This document shows positions 59,360-64,000 of a stretch of DNA of 64,000 bases, one piece after another (position 1 is the first letter of the stretch; every line of letters begins with the position of its first letter). Location of the stretch: assembly GCA_963834565.1 (NCBI GenBank), contig CAWICF010000002.1, forward strand, positions 944,410-1,008,409, given 5' to 3'. The notes beneath the pieces are model-generated. The model ran no database searches and had not been told where the DNA came from. It was given only the letters and a program-made list of their open reading frames with translations. Both the position numbers and the translations under genes were made by a program. The DNA is from an uncultured Acidobacteriaceae bacterium. Its GTDB lineage: Bacteria > Acidobacteriota > Terriglobia > Terriglobales > Acidobacteriaceae.

Positions 59360-60895
59360 GTGAGTAAAGTTTCCCCGCCCGCGGCACCCGTAGTGGGCTT
59401 CGTCTCCCTCGGCTGCCCCAAAAACCTCGTCGATTCTGAGGTCATGATGGGCCTTCTCGATCGCGCCGGCGCGCGTCTCACCTCCCATCCCGAAGAGGCC
59501 GAAATCCTCGTCGTCAACACCTGCTCCTTCATCGACACAGCCAAGCAGGAATCAGTCGACACCATTCTCGAGATGGCCCGCCACAAGACCGAGGGCCGCG
59601 CACGCAAGCTTATCGTCGCCGGCTGCCTCGTCGAGCGCTATCGCGACGAGATTCAGAAAAACATCCCTGAAGTCGACGCCGTGGTCGGCACCGGCGAGCT
59701 CGAAGCCATCCTCGATGCCGCCGGCATTGCTCCTTCACTTGCCGCCGCGCCTTCGCCGTTCAACATCATTACCAGCACTGCCGCTGACATACGATCAGGC
59801 CGCGAATCCGGCGCCGGAACGCACAAGTCTGCCTTGCAGGCCGTCACGTCCAGACAAGAGGGCGACCATCGCGAGCGCCAGGGCCGATTCCGCCGCGACG
59901 ACTGGGCGGGCGCATCGCACCTGCTGCCTACCTACCTCTACGACGAAACCACCCCGCGCATGCTATCGACGCCGCGCGCCTCGGCTTACATCAAAATCGC
60001 CGAGGGCTGCGACCACCCTTGCAGCTTCTGTGTCATTCCCAACCTGAGGGGCAAATTCCGCTCGCGCAGATTTGAATCGGTCGTCGCTGAAGCGCAACAG
60101 CTCGTTGCCCGCGGCGTGCAGGAGATCACGCTCATCGGTCAGGACACCACCTGCTACGGCGAAGATCTGGGCCTGAAGGATGGGTTGGCAACTCTGCTCG
60201 ATTCAATCGCCAGGATCGACGGCCTGCGCTGGCTGCGCTTCCTCTACGCCTACCCCAACCGCGTCACTGGACGCCTGCTCGAGACCATCGCCAAACACGA
60301 TAACATTTGCAAGTATCTCGATCTCCCGCTGCAACACGCTTCGCCCGACGTCCTGAAGCGCATGAAGCGCGGGGCCGGCGCCGACATTTTCCTGAAGACC
60401 CTCGAAAAAGTCCGCGCTGCTGTCCCCGGCATCGCGCTCCGCACCTCGTTCATCGTCGGCTTCCCCGGCGAGTCGCTTCGCGACTTTGAACTTTTGGAGC
60501 AATTCATCGGCGAGGCCAGGTTCGACTGGCTCGGCGTCTTCAACTATTCCGACGAAGAGGGCTCCGGAGCATTCTCGCTCGACGCGAAAATTCCGAGGCG
60601 CACCATCGAGTCGCGCCGCAAGCGCCTTATGCGCCTGCAGCAGTCCATCTCGCGTCGTGCCAAGAAAAACTGGGTAGGCCGTGAAGTTGCTGTTCTCGCC
60701 GAAGGCGAAAGCGCCGAGACGCCGCTGCTTTGGGAAGGCCGCACCGAGTTCCACGCGCCCGAAATCGACGGCAAGGTCTATATCAACGACTTCGGATCTC
60801 TGGAAAATCTGGAAGCCGGCCAGTTCTACCGCGCCCAGATCACCGAGGCCCACGACTACGACCTCGTCGCCCGCGTCGTCTCCTCGAAACTCTGA
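59360..60895 (+). CDS. rimO: Ribosomal protein S12 methylthiotransferase
   Basis: SLGCPKNLVDSE, VNTCSFI, AGCLVERY, IAEGCDHPCSFC (CX3CX2C), YAYP, APEIDG TRAM domain. Confidence 0.96.
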   Translation: MSKVSPPAAPVVGFVSLGCPKNLVDSEVMMGLLDRAGARLTSHPEEAEILVVNTCSFIDTAKQESVDTILEMARHKTEGRARKLIVAGCLVERYRDEIQKNIPEVDAVVGTGELEAILDAAGIAPSLAAAPSPFNIITSTAADIRSGRESGAGTHKSALQAVTSRQEGDHRERQGRFRRDDWAGASHLLPTYLYDETTPRMLSTPRASAYIKIAEGCDHPCSFCVIPNLRGKFRSRRFESVVAEAQQLVARGVQEITLIGQDTTCYGEDLGLKDGLATLLDSIARIDGLRWLRFLYAYPNRVTGRLLETIAKHDNICKYLDLPLQHASPDVLKRMKRGAGADIFLKTLEKVRAAVPGIALRTSFIVGFPGESLRDFELLEQFIGEARFDWLGVFNYSDEEGSGAFSLDAKIPRRTIESRRKRLMRLQQSISRRAKKNWVGREVAVLAEGESAETPLLWEGRTEFHAPEIDGKVYINDFGSLENLEAGQFYRAQITEAHDYDLVARVVSSKL

Positions 60896-60954
60896 TCACC
60901 AGTGCGAACCCGCACGTCCCACTCTGTTTCCTGCAACCTGTAACCTGTTATCCC

Positions 60955-61536
60955 ATGGACGACCTCCTTCACATCCACGAGCCGCCACAACTCCCAGCTC
61001 TTCTCGAACAAGCCGCGTGCCTCGACTTCACCATGGCCTCCGAGCCCAAAACAGGCGCGCTCCTCCGCGTGCTCGCCGCATCCAAACCCGCCGGCCGCAT
61101 CCTCGAACTCGGTACCGGAGTTGGCGTCGGCGCGGCGTGGCTGCTCTCCGGCATGGACGCATCGTCTACCCTCATCAGCGTCGATACTAACTTCAGCTTT
61201 CAGTCCGCCGCACGTCGCATCCTTGGCATCGATCCACGCCTTTCGCTCGTGCTTGAAGATGCAGTCGACTTTCTCGTCCGCCAGCCATCGGCAAGCTTCG
61301 ATCTCGTCTTCGCCGATGCTCTCCGCGGAAAATTCGAGGGCCTCGACGAGGCCCTCACCGTCGTCAAGCCGGGCGGTTTCTACGTCATCGACGATCTGCT
61401 GCCGCAACCTAATTGGCCCGAAGGCCATGGTGACAAAATCGCGCCGCTCGTCGAGCGTCTCGCTTCACTCAAGGATTTCCACATCGTCCCTATCACCTGG
61501 GCTAGCGGCTTGGTCCTTGCCGTCAAGAAAATCTGA
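60955..61536 (+). CDS. O-methyltransferase (class I SAM)
   Basis: SEPKTGALL, ILELGTGVG, FDLVFADA, KPGGFYVIDDL. Confidence 0.85.
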   Translation: MDDLLHIHEPPQLPALLEQAACLDFTMASEPKTGALLRVLAASKPAGRILELGTGVGVGAAWLLSGMDASSTLISVDTNFSFQSAARRILGIDPRLSLVLEDAVDFLVRQPSASFDLVFADALRGKFEGLDEALTVVKPGGFYVIDDLLPQPNWPEGHGDKIAPLVERLASLKDFHIVPITWASGLVLAVKKI

Positions 61537-61589
61537 TCCACTTCATTTTTCTCTTTCGCTTCAAACAGGCAGAGCCATATCATCTCCTC

Positions 61590-62180
61590 ATGTCTCTGCC
61601 ACGCCGCAGCTTTCTCAAGTCCGCCGCCGTCGGGGGTCCGACCCTCGCGGCATCTTTGTCATTGCCGCTAGGGTGGGTTGCCGAACTGAGCCTCGCACAA
61701 TTACCGCCTGCTGCAACGCCTTCTGACCTGCACGTCGTCCCCGCTGGCCAGGACCGTTTCGGCGCGCCGCACTCCTTGGGCTTCAGTTCGCTTGCGTTCA
61801 AAGTCGTCACCTCTGACACCGCCGGCAACCTCTTTGTCATCGAGCACCGCAATCTGGTGCCGGATACCGGTCCGGCTCTCCATCTTCACCTTTCGCAAGA
61901 AGAGTGGTTCTATGTGATGGACGGTGAGGTCCGGTTCCAGGTGGGCGATCAGCGCATCCACCTGCGCGCCGGCGAGTCCGTCCTTGCTCCACGCCGCATT
62001 CCGCACTGTTTTTCCGCAGTCGGCTCGCCCGCCCACATGCTCATTGCGTTCACTCCCGCCGACAAAATGGAACAGTACTTCATCGACGCCGCCGCCCACC
62101 CATCGCTTGCCGCCACTGAAGACTTTATGAACCGCTATGCGATGAAATGGGTTGGCCCCTCGCCGTTCTGGAAGACGTAA
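61590..62180 (+). CDS. Tat-exported cupin domain protein (quercetinase-like)
   Basis: PRRSFLK twin-arginine; LHLHLSQEEWFYVMDG...PRRIPHCF cupin motifs. Confidence 0.85.
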   Translation: MSLPRRSFLKSAAVGGPTLAASLSLPLGWVAELSLAQLPPAATPSDLHVVPAGQDRFGAPHSLGFSSLAFKVVTSDTAGNLFVIEHRNLVPDTGPALHLHLSQEEWFYVMDGEVRFQVGDQRIHLRAGESVLAPRRIPHCFSAVGSPAHMLIAFTPADKMEQYFIDAAAHPSLAATEDFMNRYAMKWVGPSPFWKT

Positions 62181-62195
62181 GAGCAGGAATCAAAG

Positions 62196-62576
62196 CTAAT
62201 TGGCCCAGATCTGCGGAAACTCCTTCGGCCGCGGCACCGTCCCGCTTTCCAGCGCCAGCAGCCATTCGCCCGCCTCTTTGCGCAGCTGGGTCAGATCGAC
62301 ACCGCCAAACAATGCAGGATAGGCTTCAATCCGCTTGAGCGCCCTTCGCAACAGCGAGACCGCTCCTCGGATGTTTCCCGTTTGCAGATGGTGAAATGCC
62401 GCCGAGATCTGAATCAGCGCTTGCAGAAATGTCTTCTCCGGTTCCTTCAATCGCAGCCAGACACACTCCAAATGTTCGTGCGCATGCCAGAACTGTTCAT
62501 TCCGATAGCAGCGCACACCTTCCGACAGTTCGCCAGATTCCCAATCGAACGACACACTCCGAGCATAGGCGATCAC
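62196..62576 (-). CDS. DUF309 domain protein
   Basis: FWHAHEHLE..W...FLQALIQISAAFHH. Confidence 0.88.
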   Translation of the reverse strand: MIAYARSVSFDWESGELSEGVRCYRNEQFWHAHEHLECVWLRLKEPEKTFLQALIQISAAFHHLQTGNIRGAVSLLRRALKRIEAYPALFGGVDLTQLRKEAGEWLLALESGTVPRPKEFPQIWAN

Positions 62577-62609
62577 TCCTTTTCCCCCAGCCCCAGTCCC
62601 GTAATCCGG

Positions 62610-62641
62610 CAGTCCCTTAGTCCCTTGTACCCCTGCTCCCT
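62610..62641. repeat. Octamer tandem array (x4)
   Basis: CAGTCCCT-TAGTCCCT-TGTACCCC-TGCTCCCT. Confidence 0.6.
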
Positions 62642-62657
62642 GTAGTATCCTTCCCGC

Positions 62658-63488
62658 ATGAATTCACGGCTTCCCGACTCCGCCGCTCTTAAGTTCAGCT
62701 GCGCCGCACTCTTCGCTGCGCTTGCCTTCGCCGCTCCCGCCAGCGCTCAGGACTGGGCCAAAACGATCCTCAACAAATCGCCGCGCCACCAGGAATGGGT
62801 CAAGGTCACCCACGGCTCCCGCACCATCGACGCCTTCATCGTCTACCCCGAGGTCAGCCACAAGGCGCCTGTCGTGCTTCTCATCCACGAGATCTTCGGC
62901 CTCAGTGACTGGGCCCGCTCCATGGCCGACGACATCGCTGCCATGGGCTACATCGTCATCGCGCCCGATCTGCTTTCCGGCTTCGGCCCCAATGGCGGAA
63001 ACACCAGCGCATTTCCCGATCAGCAAGCCGTCATCAAAGCCGTCTCCGGCCTCGATCCCGAAGTCGTCACCGCCGACCTGAACGCCGCCGCCGACTACGC
63101 ACTCAAGCTGCCCGCCGCAAACGGCAAGTTCGCTGTCACCGGCTACTGCTGGGGCGGAGGAAAATCGTTCCTTTTCGCAACGCAGCGTCACGATCTCAGC
63201 GCCGCCTTCGTCTTTTACGGCCCTCCGCCGCCCAACGGCGCGCTCTCCGGCATCACCGCGCCCGTTTACGGCTTCTACGCCGGCAATGACGCGCGCATTA
63301 CGGCAACGGTCCCCGACACCAAAACCGCAATGGCCACCGCCGGCAAGAAATACGATCCCGTCATTTACAACGGCGCCGGCCACGGCTTTATGCGCGCCGG
63401 CGAAGACCCCACCAACACCAACCCCGCCAACACAGCTGCGCGCAACGAAGCCCTCAAGCGTCTGGAGTCACTCCTCAAAGGGATGTAA
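62658..63488 (+). CDS. Dienelactone hydrolase family protein, secreted
   Basis: HEIFGL, IAPDL, GYCWGG nucleophile, FYG, GAGHGFMR. Confidence 0.92.
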   Translation: MNSRLPDSAALKFSCAALFAALAFAAPASAQDWAKTILNKSPRHQEWVKVTHGSRTIDAFIVYPEVSHKAPVVLLIHEIFGLSDWARSMADDIAAMGYIVIAPDLLSGFGPNGGNTSAFPDQQAVIKAVSGLDPEVVTADLNAAADYALKLPAANGKFAVTGYCWGGGKSFLFATQRHDLSAAFVFYGPPPPNGALSGITAPVYGFYAGNDARITATVPDTKTAMATAGKKYDPVIYNGAGHGFMRAGEDPTNTNPANTAARNEALKRLESLLKGM

Positions 63489-63496
63489 CGCCAACT

Positions 63497-63670
63497 GGGT
63501 GCCCCTTCCGAGCTTTGCTTGGGTGGGGTAGCACGAATCTCACCTTGTCGTCCTTCACCGTGCACAATAACCGGTGCCCTACGTCTCGACTCTTAAACTT
63601 GGGATCGCACGAGATCCACGGAGTTACGATATTGGTTGGCGGGTTCCCTATCCACGCTTTGCTTGGGGGG
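63497..63670. repeat. Cluster of three REP-like units
   Basis: GGGTGCCCCTTCCGAGCTTTGCTTGGGTGGG (63497), GGTGCCCTACGTCTCGACTCTTAAACTTGGG (63573), GGGTTCCCTATCCACGCTTTGCTTGGGGGG (63641). Confidence 0.55.
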
Positions 63671-63691
63671 AACGCACGCGCCCTGTGATCC

Positions 63692-63922
63692 ATGCCTGCC
63701 AAGAAAAAATCCGCCAAACTTTTCCACTGCCCCTCGTGCGGCATGCTGGTGCGCCCCAACGACGAAGACTTCCCCTTCTGCAGCGACCGATGCCGCAAGA
63801 TCGATCTCGGCAAGTGGGCCAGTGGTGTCTACAAAATCAGCTCACCCGTCCTCGACCCCGAAGTCCTTGAAGACCTTGGCAATCCGTCCAGCACACGCAG
63901 CGGCGGTTCCCATGAAGAGTGA
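63692..63922 (+). CDS. yacG: DNA gyrase inhibitor YacG
   Basis: CPSC...FPFCSDRCRKIDLGKWA...Y.I. Confidence 0.93.
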   Translation: MPAKKKSAKLFHCPSCGMLVRPNDEDFPFCSDRCRKIDLGKWASGVYKISSPVLDPEVLEDLGNPSSTRSGGSHEE

Positions 63923-64000
63923 GAGTTCCTCCACAGATTCAGTCCAAAACCAGAACCCCACGGAGTGGTGGGCCACAGCCGTCGCCACCTTCTTCGGCAT
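63912..64000 (+). CDS. pgpA: Probable phosphatidylglycerophosphatase A, N-terminal fragment (runs off window)
   Basis: MKSESSSTDSVQNQNPTEWWATAVATFFG resembles the PgpA N-terminus (AT.FG.G); only 29 codons are visible. Confidence 0.5.
   Translation, partial: MKSESSSTDSVQNQNPTEWWATAVATFFG

Noticed and set aside
59360-60895. Radical SAM enzyme as maturase of the IK-repeat peptide
   Set aside because: It has the full RimO architecture (UPF0004, CX3CX2C, TRAM), a housekeeping function, and no RRE or SPASM domain.
60930-60950. Heptamer repeat CCTG(C/T)(A/T)A x3 after rimO
   Set aside because: It is short, has a different unit from the octamer family, and is seen only once here.

Overview
GC-rich bacterial chromosomal window. 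Gene content and order suggest Acidobacteriota (Acidobacteriaceae-like: acidobacterial VWA protein, S55 peptidase, pilC-pilB-pilMNO block); this is inference, not a database result. Most of it is core or semi-core: glycerate kinase, LacI, olsB/olsA-like lipid genes, a split metH, ftsY, ribD/ribE, a type IV pilus/T2SS-like operon, iscA/erpA, ahr, rimO, yacG and a partial pgpA. Two loci stand out. (1) 4.2-14.5 kb: six co-oriented genes, all with export signals, encoding two caspase-like C14 proteases, a TPR-CHAT protease, a TPR protein with a duplicated tail domain, a Tat substrate and a small beta protein. They share an x-R-G-hydrophobic motif, mostly in linkers, suggesting a candidate extracytoplasmic protease cascade. 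(2) 56.5-58.2 kb: a Tat-like leader peptide with 13 repeated [IV]-[KR] units next to a PqqD/RRE-TPR-SAM methyltransferase fusion, which is broken by an apparent 2-nt deletion and missed by the ORF track; this is a candidate RiPP-like system. Also present are a type III PKS-methyltransferase-flavoprotein cluster, a HigBA module with a leaderless promoter, an atypical AbrB/RelE-like pair with operator repeats, dispersed octamer (NNNTCCCT) arrays and REP-like palindromes. No rRNA, tRNA or CRISPR array was seen. All domain calls come from motif recognition by eye, and many starts were moved downstream of the ORF-track starts.
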